Assembly (NCBI RefSeq): GCF_964204645.1
Contig: NC_134034.1
Location: forward strand, 7,948,962 to 8,012,961
DNA length: 64,000 nt
Origin: Tubulanus polymorphus
Taxonomy: Eukaryota; Animalia; Nemertea
Reading direction: 5' to 3'
The stretch's first letter is position 1; each line of letters opens with the position of its first letter. The position numbers and the translations under genes were made by a program. This document shows positions 1 to 13,300 of the stretch, one piece after another. The notes under the pieces are model-generated. The model was not told where the DNA came from and ran no database searches. It saw nothing but the letters and a program-made list of their open reading frames with translations.

Positions 1-66
1 AGTAACGAGATATGATAAATCAGAACAAATTTAATACATTCAATTTTCACATTTAGATAAATACAT

Positions 67-2040
67 TTATGACCGTTTATATGTATCGTCTTTCTGATTT
101 AAACCATATGGTTGTAGGGTTCCTAGGTTTTCAATGAGCTGGGATTCTTTAATTCTTCGTTTATGTGTGTTATCAATTGTTATTAGAGCCATTACTGTTA
201 TATCATTAATATCATGACCGTTGGAGTTGAAATGTTTACTAATGGGTTTAGAGGAAATTTTTTCCGAATAAGACGCAAATGTTCTCTGAAACGATCACAT
301 AGTCGACGGGATGTTTCACCGATGTATTTCATGTTACATCGAAGGCAAAGAATGCAGTAAATTAAATTATCACTAGTGCATGTGAATGAACGACGAATTT
401 GAAATTCAAAATTGTTACCATAATGTGACTTGAATTGCATACATAAGGGCATGTAAAACATCTAGTTCTTTGACAGGTAAAAGTACCAGGTACTTAATCG
501 TCAGATTGGTTTATTTTCGCGCGAACTAATTTGTTTCATATATTCTGATCGTTTTTGAAAGTGGTTATTATGTTGTTATCAAATAGTTGACCTATATGTT
601 CATCATTCGTTAGTATGTTTTTAAGTTATCGCGGATGAATTTAGCTACCTTCACATTATATTCATTATATGTGAGAATAAGGGGTATACAGGCTTTGTCG
701 ATATCTTTAATTTTGGGTCTAAGGGCGTCTTCTCGTGAAATATTCTCGCATTTTTTTAATGCTGAATTGATTATTCGTCGTGGATAATTGTGTTGTTCAA
801 AAAACGATTTCATTTCTTCGGCTTTAGCTAGAAAGTCGTGATGATTTGAGCATACTCGTTTTAACCTAAGAAATTGCCCGAAAGGAATATTGTCCTTGAT
901 TTTGTGGGTGTGATTCGATTGATAGTTTAGGTATGAATGAGAATCCGTATCCTTATAATGTACGGTTGTTATAATGTGTGAAGACACAATAGATACCGTA
1001 ATGTCTAGAAAGTTGGATGGATTGCTTATAGCGGAGGTGACTTTGATGGCAGGGTGAAAAGAATCAAAACTTTCTAGTTCGTTAATGGGCATGTTTGTTA
1101 TGCCAAAAATTTCGTCAATAAAACGTTTGTAGATATAAGGGACGCTCCCTACATAATTGTTTAAGAATCTTTCTTCTAAGTGTCCCATGAAAAGGCAGGC
1201 TATGGAAGGACCAAATTTGGTTCCCATACAAATACCTGATGTTTGGCGGTAAAATGAGCCATTGAATTCAAAGCAGTTGGGTTTTAGGACTAGTTCAGCA
1301 AGTCTTAATAAGGTGGTTGGGGGGGGGGTATGGTATATTAGTATTTTTCTCAATATAATACTTTAAGGCGACAAGGGCATCGTTATGTGGTATTACGGTG
1401 TACAATGATTTGACATCCATAGTGAACAATAGGCTCTCATGGTAAACAGGTAGATCTTCGATTTGATTCAAAAAATTGGTGCTGTCTTTTATATATGAGG
1501 GTAATGTGCGTACGATGGGTTTGCAGATGTCATCTAAAAATTCTGAAATATGTTCAGTGGGGCAATTATATGCTGATACAATTGGTCGTCCGGGGTTGTC
1601 TATTTTATGGATTTTAGGTAATAGATAAAATACACTAGTTCTAGGTTTTTTATTAATTAGAGATACTGCGGATTCAGGGAGGTTGCCTTTTTTTATTTCA
1701 TCAGATACTACCTTATCAACATGTTTATTATTAGACACAGTTGTATCTCCGTTTAGACGTTCATAATATAGTTCATTAGAGAGCTGTTGGTTAGCTTCAT
1801 TGAGATAAAGGTCATTTTGCCATACCACAATCGCTCCTCCCTTGTCGGCTGGTTTGATGACAATGTCAGTTCTTTTTTGAAGTGAACGTAGCGCTTCAAT
1901 CTCGTCTCTGGATATGTTCTTTCTGTTGGTCGATTCACATTGTATGCTGTCAACTTTGGCTTTACAGCAGCTAATGAATTTGTTTACAGCTTCAGACGAT
2001 TCATCAGGCGTCCATAAACTTTGTTTTGGAGGAATGTATT
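67..2040 (-). mobile_element. Penelope-like retroelement (Neptune-type), 5'-truncated, frameshifted RT + GIY-YIG
   Basis: FYLLPKIHK..PGRPIVS, LFTMDVKSLYT, YRQTSGICMGT, RFIDEIF (DD changed to DE), and FTCTSDNLIYCILCLRCNMKYIGET GIY-YIG; C-terminal LGTLQPYGLN with stop at 67-69. Confidence 0.9.
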
Positions 2041-2431
2041 TTCTTAAAAATAAAGTTAAGGTTTACTTCGTCAGAATACAGTCTCTTTAAGTAGCTATTC
2101 ACGGTCGAAGTTATTTGGTTAAGTGAATAAACCATTTTTAAATTATGGATGAAAACGCGCAAGGAGAGCATGCGCGACAAACTAGTTCATGCAACTGTCA
2201 CCAGGAGACTTTGAAAGAACCAAATCTTCGGTTAAGCCATTTTGGTACATCGATACTTTTTACGTAGTAAGCTGGATCCATATATCCAGCATATTGTTGA
2301 CCCAGGTTGCGCTTCTTGGAAATAAGTCATATGTTATGAACTGTAGAATTATTTCGATGACGCTTCCCAGTGCGATATATTCCAGTTAGGCAGAACCTGT
2401 TATCGCTGCTATGCAGCTATATAAATTATCA

Positions 2432-5400
2432 TACGATTACGATTACGATTTTAATTACACTCCAACCATTTCCATGGTATATATATAGTTTATTAAAGTG
2501 TCATCTTTACAAGTAAAGCCAGCCTATAAAAGGCTTACAAGACACAAATTTTCATACAATTATAACATATTCATGGAATGTTACCGTTACGTCGTAAGGA
2601 CGCCCTTTCAATATAGTTACAAACATATTCAATTATTTTGCAATTCGATAGAATTTGAATTAATACCTCGGTACTTGAAAGGGAAGTTATATCAAGAGTT
2701 AGTACATCTTCAATTTTTTGGTATAGGTCATTTCTTAAATCATGATATGCGTTACACTCACAAAGAAAATGTAGTTCGGATTATATTTCATTTTTATTAC
2801 ACATACTACAGACACGCAATACTAGGGGCAAACTTCTATACCTTCCTAATTCTATATTAAGAGGGTAAGTACCTTTTCTCATTCTAGCGATTAAAGAGCG
2901 TCTACTCAGGTTGAATTTGACATAGTCTTCAGTACCAAACGTGTTTTTAAGTAATCTATAAGTTCTTAGTTTCTCCTGGGAACCTATGTTTCTCGACCAG
3001 GCAATGGAATAATTTCTGAACATAATTTTCTTTGCATCTAAAAGAACCTTTTTATAGCCATGTCGTTTAAAGAGCCTAATTCGGGATGTAAATAAAAATA
3101 TTCTATCTGACATTCCGTGAAAATCAACTTAACATGATTACACCAGTTTTCATAACCACTTATCGAGTTTTGATAGTCATGTAAAAATATTTTTTTGGTT
3201 ATCCTATCATCAAGCATGTTACATAGACGAAACCATAATCTTAACGTTTCTACTCGATGCCTAATAAATACAGGAGTCCAGCCCATATCACCTTCGATAC
3301 TCAATAACGACGAGTGTTTTCCTGTTCCCAGGAATGAGCGCATGGCTCTAAATTGAACTTTTTTACAGCACTCATAGTTCTTGAGTCCCCATACAGCACT
3401 TCCATAATCCATAATTGGGACCGTAGTTGCATTATATATTTTACTGTAGGTTTTATGTGAAAGTCCACTTGAATTAAAATGTTTACATAGGAGGCTACCT
3501 AGTGCTTTGCTAGAAGCTTTAGCAAGGGCATCAGCCGTATAACGAAAATCTAAATATTCATTGAATTCTACACCTAAGTATCTATATACATTTACAATTT
3601 CAATAGTTTTGTCCTCCAGTTTGAATTGAAAGTTGGTAAGTGGAGCAGATTTCTTTCTAAAGTGCATTATTTTGGACTTTTCAAGATTTACAGTCAGTTT
3701 CCATTTTTTGCACCATTCCATTAGTTCATTTATAAGTACTTGTAATGAGTGTTCATCTTCTGCTATTAGGACAATATCATCGGCAAAAAGAAGGATTGAC
3801 AACCTAATACCATTGACCTACACGCCAAGTCCGAGAGATTTAATTTTTAAGGCTAACTCATCTAGGTACAACGAAAAAAGTGTTGGTGATAGGCAGTCCC
3901 CTGTCTTACACCTGATGTACTCGGAAAACTATCTGACAGGTGGCCATTTATTCTGACCCGTACATCATTATTCATATACATAGTTTTAATAATTCTAAGA
4001 AAATTTCTATTCATACCGATTTCATAAAGTTTATACAGAAGGTACGAGCGATCCACACAATCGAATGCTTTAGCAAAATCGACATAACAAACAAACGTAG
4101 GACGATTTTCCAAACGCCTGTTTTTTACAATGGATATAAGGCTATAGATATGATCAAGGCATGATCGCCCTTTCCGAAATCCATTTTGTTCGTCGCTCAA
4201 TTTACCGTTCAAATTTACATAAAGCGTCAGACGATTATTCAAAATTGAACTGAAAAGCTTTCCCACGTTTGAGTTAAGACTAATACCTCTATCTCCAAGT
4301 GGTGTAAGTTCGTCTTTACCTTGTTTATGAATAGGATGCAAAATACTCTGGTTCCATATTGATGGGACTTTACCGGCACTGAGAATCTTATTGAACAGGA
4401 TGCACAGAATTTTACAAAGATTAGGGCTTTTTAACACTTCATTTGGAATCTTATCCAGCCCAGTTGCTTTATTGGTTTTTAATTTGTTCGTGGCTTGAAT
4501 AACTTCGGCTTGTGTTATTGGATTATTCAGAGTATAATTTCTATCATAAATTTCTTGCATATTATCAATATGATCCCAAAAGGAGTTTATTTCTTGTTCA
4601 TCCGAATTAAAGGGCTTATCATTAGCAACTGGATTGTATAATTTTTCAAAATCATATTTCCATTTTTTCATGATATCGTTTTTGTTTTCTGAAATTGTGC
4701 CGTTTTCCGTTCTTACTGCTCTTATAGCGTTATCTCTATTCCCCGGCCCTAGCTTTTAAATATGGTTCCAAAATTCGTTTGGGTTACTGGTCTGCAAGTG
4801 GTCTATTTCATTCAATTTTTGAAGCATAAATTGACGTTTGGAATTTCGATAATGCTTGTCAAATTGCTTTTGAATAGTTTTAAACTCATTTCGAAGTTTT
4901 GATTTTTCACTCGAATTGCCTTTACATTTAATGAATCGTTTTTCTGATCTGCCTGTACACATGATTTTCGAATTTGAGAGAGTTCGTCGTTCCACCACGG
5001 CTTTTTACTTCGAAATGTGTCTTTTTTGTTGAACGATATCTTAACATCTCTATGCGGTAGGATCTCGTTCATTTCGTCAAGGCAGTAGTTTGTGAACTTT
5101 GTGTAAGTATTGTCAATTTCCTCATGAGTGGCCATTGTGTCCGTTAATCGATCGCATATACGGATTAGTGCTGATCGCCTGCGTTCGTTTGCGAGGAAGT
5201 CTATTGGAACTCCATTTACGAGATATCTTCTGTCGACAATTACATCATCGACAAACGAGTTTTTCGCAGCTTTACTGGGCGGGTTCGTTTTATACATAAT
5301 AGCGTAATCGGAGACAGTTAATGTGAATTTTATAAACGAGTGATCCGGTTTACGACACTCCGGATCATACCGAGCAACGTCGATTAATTCATTTACAGTT

Positions 5401-7925
5401 AATACCGCAAAATCACTTGTTTTTTCGAAATCAGCGCTTGGCACCAGAAAGTAGTCAACTACCGAGCGACCTTTGCTAGATATACAAGTAAAATTATCGT
5501 CATTCGTATTTCTCCCATTAAGTATGCACTTATTTGCATCCTGAACGGAATCGATCAAGTATCCACCGAACTTATTTGCACATTCATCGATAGATAAACG
5601 AGGAGGAATGTATTTATCGGGAGTGTCGATTTTATTACCAATTCGACCGTTAAAATCGCCACCTATGACAACTGGTTCATTATTCCAGTGCATGTATAAC
5701 TGTGATAATAAATTATCGTAAAACTCTTGGGCTGAATTTCCACGGGATGATCTTTCTGGCGGCAGATATACAGTGCAAATAAGAATTGTTAGCGTTTCAT
5801 CCAGAATCGATGTTAGTCTTACCCACAATATTCCGTCATATGAGCGTTCGATTATTTCAGCGCGGTAATTTTGTAGCACTTTGTTTTTTATAAGGATTCC
5901 TACACCCCCAGAGCCACGCACCGCACGTTTATGAATGTCTTTTCTATTGAAGCCTAGCCACTGGTAACCGGGAACTGATAAACCATTTCCATGCAATAGA
6001 TGTGATTCACAGATGACAGTAACATCACAGTTAATTTTCAAAACAGCGTTTTCACGTAGTGTACTGGCGTCATTTTTATTTCTGTCAGCCCATCTATTTA
6101 CATTCCATTGACCAAACGTAAGCTTAGCATAAGACTGGCTTATTTCCTATTCTCCAGGGTCAATATGGTTTAAAACACCTGTGTCCATGTCCAGGATGTT
6201 TCTGATTTCTGGGATACCCTCAGTAGTTGGTTTTTTCTTTTTCTGTGGTTTTGCTTTGGAGTTTTTTGCTCAGGGGAGTCGTCAGTGACAGAGTTATCCG
6301 ATGGTACCCTGGCCCGTTTTCCGTTTACACTCTCCCGCGTGTCAGATTCTCGATGGATCTGTTCTGATCCTTGTTTGGGATCACTCTTCGTCTTTTCTAT
6401 TAGCCGACCATTGCTGGATATTCTGAGATTGTCACCTCCTGGGACCATAGAAAGTAACTTGTGTGTAGTTAATTCATGTAGCCTCTCAATGTGGAACTTG
6501 CTTCCACGAATCCAAACCTCACCAAAGTCTTGGTCACCCTTCAGTTTTGTTTTGGCTCTTAGAATATTGACCTTGATGTCTCTGTCTTTGACGGCCAGTT
6601 TCACCAACGGTGGCTTTCCTATCTTTCTTGCTTTAAGCCTAATACATTTGATGACTTCTGGTTTGGGATTTAATTGGAGCCTGGATATCATTTTAGAGCA
6701 CAATTCATTTAGGTTTTCGTCGGGGGTATGTGGTAGGATGTAGATGATCAGACAGTTTTCATGATTTTCAAGTGGATCTCTTGGGTTATCAGCGTTGAAT
6801 TTACATTGTAAGTTGATGCATAGGTCTTCCAGTTGTTTTACAGAGGCCTGCGATTCTTTCAGTTGTTTCTCTAGTTCCATTATTTTTTCCCACATGTTTT
6901 CAGTTCTGTGAAATGTTTTCCACTGTCGCTTTTTACGTGTGTGACTGACTTCTCGTTGAATTCAACCGTGGTAATCAAATCACCAATTTTTTCCTCGTTT
7001 AACTTAACTGTTGACTTCAGCGCTGATATCTCGGTTTTATTTGTCAAAACCTTTTCACAGAGCTCTCTTAATTTTGAGGAGTCTTGTTGTTGGCCTTCTT
7101 TTAGCTCGTTAATGGAAATTTTTAAATCGCCAATTGCCTTGCCCATAAAGTCTTCAAAGTTTGTTTTGCCGCCCATGGTTGACTTATTGTAGTAGTCCCA
7201 CGCTCAATATCAGATTACATTACCATTGACCATACGTACAGCTACTGGTAGCGGTTCCCACGAAAGTCATTCAACCGAGACGTGCGTCCGTGTGTGTTTG
7301 GACGTATATGCGACGTATATGCGAGAACAGAAATAAATTATCTATATTGACCGAGATACAGAATTTTAAACATACAGTTTCAGCGTCAAAGTTTTAAGAC
7401 CAGAATAATGACGTCTTGAGCGGAACAAATTCATAGAATCGCCATCCACTTACAGTTTCGCTATCTTTCCGAGTTCCGATGAATTTAGCAACTATATATC
7501 GGAGCGTCGTTCAACGCTGTCTGCGCTGTCCGCCATGTTTATGTACAGTTCTGTACAGTAGTGTATATGGAGGAAAACTATTACACATGTATATACAAAT
7601 ATTTACAAAACAACACTGAAGTGATTAAAATTTAGAGAATGAAAACGTAACAAAATATATATACATCAACTATTTACAATACTATATATACTATTGGAGG
7701 GATCTATATACATCTAAGCCGGTCTTAATGAATTTAGCTAATTTGACCGTTGGGTTTTTCAGAATATCAAGGGTATTAAAGGTATTCAAATTCAAATAGT
7801 TTTTGCGGGGTTCGTTAAGTAAGGTACAGTCAAACAGAAAATGGGATTCGTCACCTAAAGTATTACAAGTGGGGCATATTATATCGGCCCTGTCTAAATG
7901 AAGGTTTAAAAATTTGTTCACAGGT
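2432..7925 (-). mobile_element. 3' fragment of a second LINE family (2432-2482 + 7563-7925), split by the full-length LINE
   Basis: (ATCGTA)n tail at 2432-2449 and CPTCNTLGDESHFLFDC at 7691-7921. The rejoined halves match the uninterrupted copy at 9554-9940. Confidence 0.8.
2483..7562 (-). mobile_element. Full-length degraded non-LTR retrotransposon (RTE-X-like): ORF1 ~7176-6170, ORF2 APE-RT ~6170-2700
   Basis: APE motifs (ESHL, GGDFN, VDYF, PDH), RT motifs (DFAKAFD, GVRQG, LLFADD, YRYLG), C-terminal LNIELGRY..RVCSMC. AATAAA at 2489-2494 (minus strand); GTATAT direct repeats at 2477-2482 and 7563-7568. Clade assigned by motif only. Confidence 0.88.
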
Positions 7926-8005
7926 AAAATAGGCCTATAGGACTAGTTCCTAAGTCATCACCAAGTTCTATTATATACTTCTCTAACCTAATGTCATTCT
8001 TATAT

Positions 8006-9372
8006 CGCCCCTACTAAATACCGACTGGAGCCGACCGGAACCGACTGGAAACCGACTGGAAACCGACCGGAGTCGACTGGGGAACCGACTGGAACTCACT
8101 GGAGCTCTAGATCTAATATACTTAGCTCTAGATCTAATATATTTAGCGACGTGACTCGCATTAAAAAAAAATAGAATGAATGTATATGATATTTTCAGTT
8201 CGCTGTACGTTTCAATAAAGGATACGATGATTTGTTAAAACCTTTTCCGATGTTCAGGCCCCTAGTTGTCAATGTCCAGAGTCAAAGATGACCAGAGTTG
8301 AATTTTTTTATTCGTCCAATTAAGATACTACTGGTTATCTTTCAGCTATGATCAAGGAGAAGTAGCGGGAATTGATTAAAGGACAATGAGAGCTTAACCA
8401 AATTGCGAAATTTAGAAATGCAACACAACACACAAACTAAACGAATTAAGTCAAACTGGGGGATCGTAAGTTAAGACAATAACGAATATAAAGTTTAATC
8501 AAAAGATAATGAGCTTAACAAGACAATAGTGAATATTAAAGTTTAATCAAAGGACAAGAGCGTAGAGAAATTTAGAAATACAATACAAAGACAGTTACAA
8601 ACATTTTTTATTATAGTGTTGGATACATATATAGTAATAAAATAAATATGATAGAATATGATAGAAATGTATAGATAATAATATGAAGACAGTTACAAAC
8701 TAAACGAATTAAGGCATGGCCAACTAGGGGATCTTAACAAGACACTAGTGAATATTGTTTAATCAAAGTACATGAGCGTAGAGAAATTTAGAAATACAAT
8801 ACAAAGACAGTTACAAACATTTTTTATTATAGCGTTGGATACATATATAGTAATAAAATAAATATGATAGAATATGATAGAAATGTATAGATAATAATAT
8901 GAATATTATGATGATAAGAAAATAATTGTTATTGATGAGAATGTATTGTAATAAAATGAAATATCCCTGAAATACATGTAGTAATGAAATAAATATATAA
9001 TGGTAGAATATGAGAGATGTATGAAATATCCTTGAAGTAAATATATAATGATAGAAAATGATAGAAATGAAAAAACAATCATGATGTGAATGTTATAATG
9101 ATAAGAAAACAATTTTCGTTATTGATGAGAATGTATAGAAATAATATTAATAATGATGGGAATAATATTATTGATAAGAAAATAATTGATATTGTCTATT
9201 AGCTTGAAAAAAAATTAAAAGTTTCATCGTAGTGTATAGAAATAATACTAATAAAATGACTATGTTATTGATGAACATTATTGTCTTTATTTATTCACGA
9301 TTGGAGCTCCAGTTGGTTTCCAGTCGGCGCCGGTCGGTTTCAGTCGGCTCCAGTCGGTATTTAGTAGGAGCC
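8006..9372. mobile_element. Non-autonomous DNA transposon with modular TIRs
   Basis: Ends cctactaaataccgactggagccgac and its reverse complement, with 10-11-bp ccgactggaa subrepeats; AT-rich interior with an internal duplication (~8559-8685 vs ~8776-8903). Confidence 0.75.
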
Positions 9373-9553
9373 TTTTTATATTGCTTTAAGTTAGTGTATA
9401 CCGGGATATCGGATTAGTATTTAAAGCAGATACGATTTCTTGAAGGTGCTGGTCACGGAGTATCTGTTTTATTCGTTTTGGAAAAGATTTATTGTTAGTC
9501 ATGAATTGCTGCGTCCAAATGCAGGACAAACCACAGTCATCAAAGGTTTTCTT

Positions 9554-9940
9554 TACGAATACGAATACGAATATACGAATACGAATATTTATTTACACTC
9601 CAACCATTTCCATGGTATATGGAGGAAAAACAGTATTTACAATAATTACATAAACAGTAATAAAAACTACAAAACTTAATTAACTGGTTTCACACTTATG
9701 TACATAATATACTATTTATTATTTACAATACATCTATTTACAATACATATACTACCGGAGGGATTTATATAAATCTAGACCTATTTTGATGAATTGAGCC
9801 ATATTTAAAGTTGGATTTTTTAAATACATCTAAGTTCCGAAAGGTATTTATATCTAAGTGGTTTTCACGGAGTTCGGTTAGCAAATAACAATCGAAAATA
9901 AAATGTACTTCGTCTCCTAAAACGTTGCAGGCGGGGCATA
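9554..9940 (-). mobile_element. 5'-truncated LINE 3' end, same family as 2432-7925
   Basis: (TTCGTA)n tail; CPACNVLGDEVHFIFDC on the minus strand; shared 3' UTR ttacactccaaccatttccatggtatatggagg. Confidence 0.8.
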
Positions 9941-9989
9941 GCTACCGGTAGCTAGCGCTACCTAGGGATCGGTTGACATACTAAAAGTT

Positions 9990-10300
9990 TCTTACCTACT
10001 TTCCCCGTGGTATTTTTGGACGAGTCTAGTGCGCGTGGTTGGGAAAAGCGGTTCTGCGTGTGTTTAAATCGAGCGTCTGCAGTTGGGAACAAAGCTAGAA
10101 ACAGTGTATTAACGGATTAACATTTGTAGCAGGATATTCACCTATAGAACGATGGTGAGTGCTTGTGTATTTCGCGGGACGGTATATAGGCCTTGATAAG
10201 GGATGGGTTATTACTGCAGAGATTTTCAAACGATCATGAATTCTCTTAACAGGCCGCCACCGCGCGCGGGGCCAGGACTTAGGCCGTAGGCTGGTAGGGC
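9990..10300 (+). promoter_or_regulatory. CpG-rich candidate boule promoter / first-exon region
   Basis: Local GC/CpG enrichment (gtgcgcgtgg, ccgcgcgcggggcc) around the ATG|GT exon in an AT-rich background. Confidence 0.5.
10152..10154 (+). CDS. boule: boule coding exon 1 (ATG only)
   Basis: gaacgATG|GTGAGT: ATG followed directly by a strong donor, in a CpG-rich segment. Phase 0 matches exon 2, which has no Met of its own. Confidence 0.72.
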
Positions 10301-13300
10301 GATCTATTAAGTGTTACGCCCGTTTAGTTTTTATTTGTTTCGTTCGTCCCATTAAATTAGTTAATAGTTCCTACGAAAAGATAAACCTCTGGCATGGCTA
10401 TGAAACAAATTATCTCTGGTCGATCTCCACTCCAGTTATGATACTCGGGATGTGTCAGGCGCGGATCCCACAAAAGGACCATCAGTCACAGTTAGTCTAA
10501 TGTCTATTTCAACCTGACTTGAGAGCATTCCGGGTGGCCTAGCTCGCTCATTTTTGGTAGTAGTATACCTCCGTAAATACGTAAGATAAACTCATGAAAT
10601 TTCTACCACAACAATTTATTCATAAATTAAGAATAGCCTACTGTGCAAGTTTGGCTTCAATCGGGTGTAAAACGAGCTTTGAATGAATGAATAAAAATTT
10701 GAAGCGATGAAAAACGCGAATATGACACATTTTGATCACGTGACCTGAAATCCCTAGTAAAGGTCTTAGTAGGACCAGAAAGGACATGCGATGCAGTCGA
10801 CCTAAATCATCATTTTTTAATCCATTTGAAACTATATTGAAGCACAGGGGTTTGGCGATGGGCTTGGATTTTATTTCCAGGTTGTTGATAATCTCGCGAG
10901 AATGGCGCTAAATATGAACTGCGAATAAATTCAAAATATCACGGAAATACCTTGTGTTTATATTGTTTATTTATCCGCTATAAAGTTCCGATAAACAATT
11001 GGTCGTTAAGGATCATTATCAGACGGTCGTCACGCTACTATATAAAATAACAAGGGATGAAACGCCTTCAGAGTTGTGCCAGCCAGAAAGTTGGGACAGT
11101 CACGTGACTTAACGCTTCTTATTTGACTGAACGCGAACCTGAAGCATATAAGATGGAAACTATGATATGAAAAATATTTGAGAATAACTTACATTCAAAT
11201 GCATTTTTTGACTATGAATTATATATTTCATCATAATTTATTCTTTATAAGTTAGTTATTTCATATGAATCATAATCTGACAATTGATATTGGTCTGTGA
11301 ATATGTTAACTTTTCGTGTTGAAGTTTTAAATGCGATGACGTCATCAGAATGTCACGTGACTGTCCCAACTTTCTGGCTGAAAATTTAAGTACAGCGGAG
11401 GCCTGGCGTTTCATCCCTTGTGATTTTATATAGTAAAGCGTGACGACCGTCTGATAATGATTCTTAACGACCGATTGTTTATCGAAACTTTATAGCGGAT
11501 AAATAAACAATATAAACACAAGGTATTTCCGTGATATTTTGAATTTATTCACAGTTCATATTTAGCGCCATTCTCGCGAGATTATCAACAACTCGGAAAA
11601 TCCAAGCCCATCGCCAAACCCCTGTGTATTGAAGGATATGCAATAAGTCTTCACTGAAAGGGGTTAAATGAAGAGAAGTGATTCCATGATTTGAAAGTTT
11701 AACAATATATTTCCATGCCTACATACCAAACTTCAGTTGGTAGGCATGGAGACATATTGTTAAACTTTCAAATCATGGAGTCTCTTTTCTCCCATGAACC
11801 CCTTTCAATGAAGACTTTTTGGATATCCTTCAATTCAGTTTTAAGTGGATTAAAATACGATGCTTGAGGTCAACTGCCTGTCCTTTCTGGTCCTACTAAG
11901 ACCTTTATCAGGTATGTACTACCAAAACTGATTGAGCTAGGCCACCTGATGTGCTCTCAAGTCAGGTTGAAATAGACATTAGTACTTAGCCGTTGTTCCT
12001 GAAACAACGTCTAGGGCGAAAGTGCTCATATAAGGTTAATTTTCGTCCCTCATTTTGAGGGACGAGGCTTTAAGCGTCTATTTCACCCCTTTAAACACCA
12101 TCAACTTACCTCAAACTGACTGTTCTGTAATCAGACGGAAGTTAACTATTGTTTGTGCATAAATTTGTAATCCTAAGAAGCTTTTGACGATCATAGTAGC
12201 TCAAAAATTTTGACTAGTCGCCTCAAAAAATAGTTGAAGTGAAGCAACATAACAAATATGGCGGCTTTTCGTGGTGCATGATGGGAGTGTAAATTACGGA
12301 TTTGAACTTAAACTTGATTGACATTGATACCAATGCAGATATTATTTTTGTTTCAAATTTTTAAGGTTAAAATTGACCAAAATTTATGCGTTTTATTAAC
12401 AAAAGGTAACATTTAGAGTAATTTTAGAGAGACATATTGAATTTTCACATTTTATTATTTAGTCCGTATTGGAAATCCCGATAGTGGCAATCAATTCAAA
12501 TCAAATCAATAAATTCTCCGATTCGTGATTTAAATCATTAAATATTTTATTATAAAACACGTTTTCAAAGTCAACAAGGTAACTAATTTATTTATTTTAG
12601 TACAAAGGTTTGATTTGACACTAAAATCATTTGTTGCATTGCAATTAACAGGAGTTAACCGCTAGGCTATATGATACTTTAGCATCAGACGTTGTACGGA
12701 ACCGTAACAACGACTGGTATTCAGACTAAGTCACAGTGACTACAGCACAGTGAAAAAAGGTGGCCCAAGTCCGTCATAAGTCGAAATTAGTGCCCAATGG
12801 TAAAGTAATATATATAGTTAGTCAGTAACCTGACTGTGGTTTAGTTTCACGATCGGATATTTTCACAAACCACAGTCAGGAATGGGAAGGTCATTTTTCA
12901 ATGAAATTTTCGTGAGTCAAATTGACTCACGAGTAATTTGCCTGTCATTTCATTGTCTCTTAAGATATCTGTCTAATTTTGTTGTTGTAATCAACGCACA
13001 ACAGATTCGCAGTTTGTTTGATCCCCATAAAACCTCACCTGACGATCTTAATCCATGTTCAAATCGGCCGTAAAGTGAGAGTAAATTTCTGTCGATTAGA
13101 CGGCGGCCATTTTTAAAACGTGTGGAGGGTGCTGGCACCTGTGGACTGAGGACAGGACCACAACACAAACTAACGAAACGAAACAACGAAATTGAAAAAA
13201 TTTAGAAATCAACACTTATTCACATTTTCTTCAACCAGAATTTATTTTTTCGTCATTTATTGTGGAAAACACGAAGATTTGAAATATAAGTTGGAAAACT

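Noticed and set aside
2045-2080. CTGACGAAG on the minus strand at the Penelope 5' junction
   Set aside because: No stem II or properly placed GAAAC.
6285-7192. Plus-strand ORFs of 152 and 94 aa
   Set aside because: Antisense shadows of the LINE ORF1.
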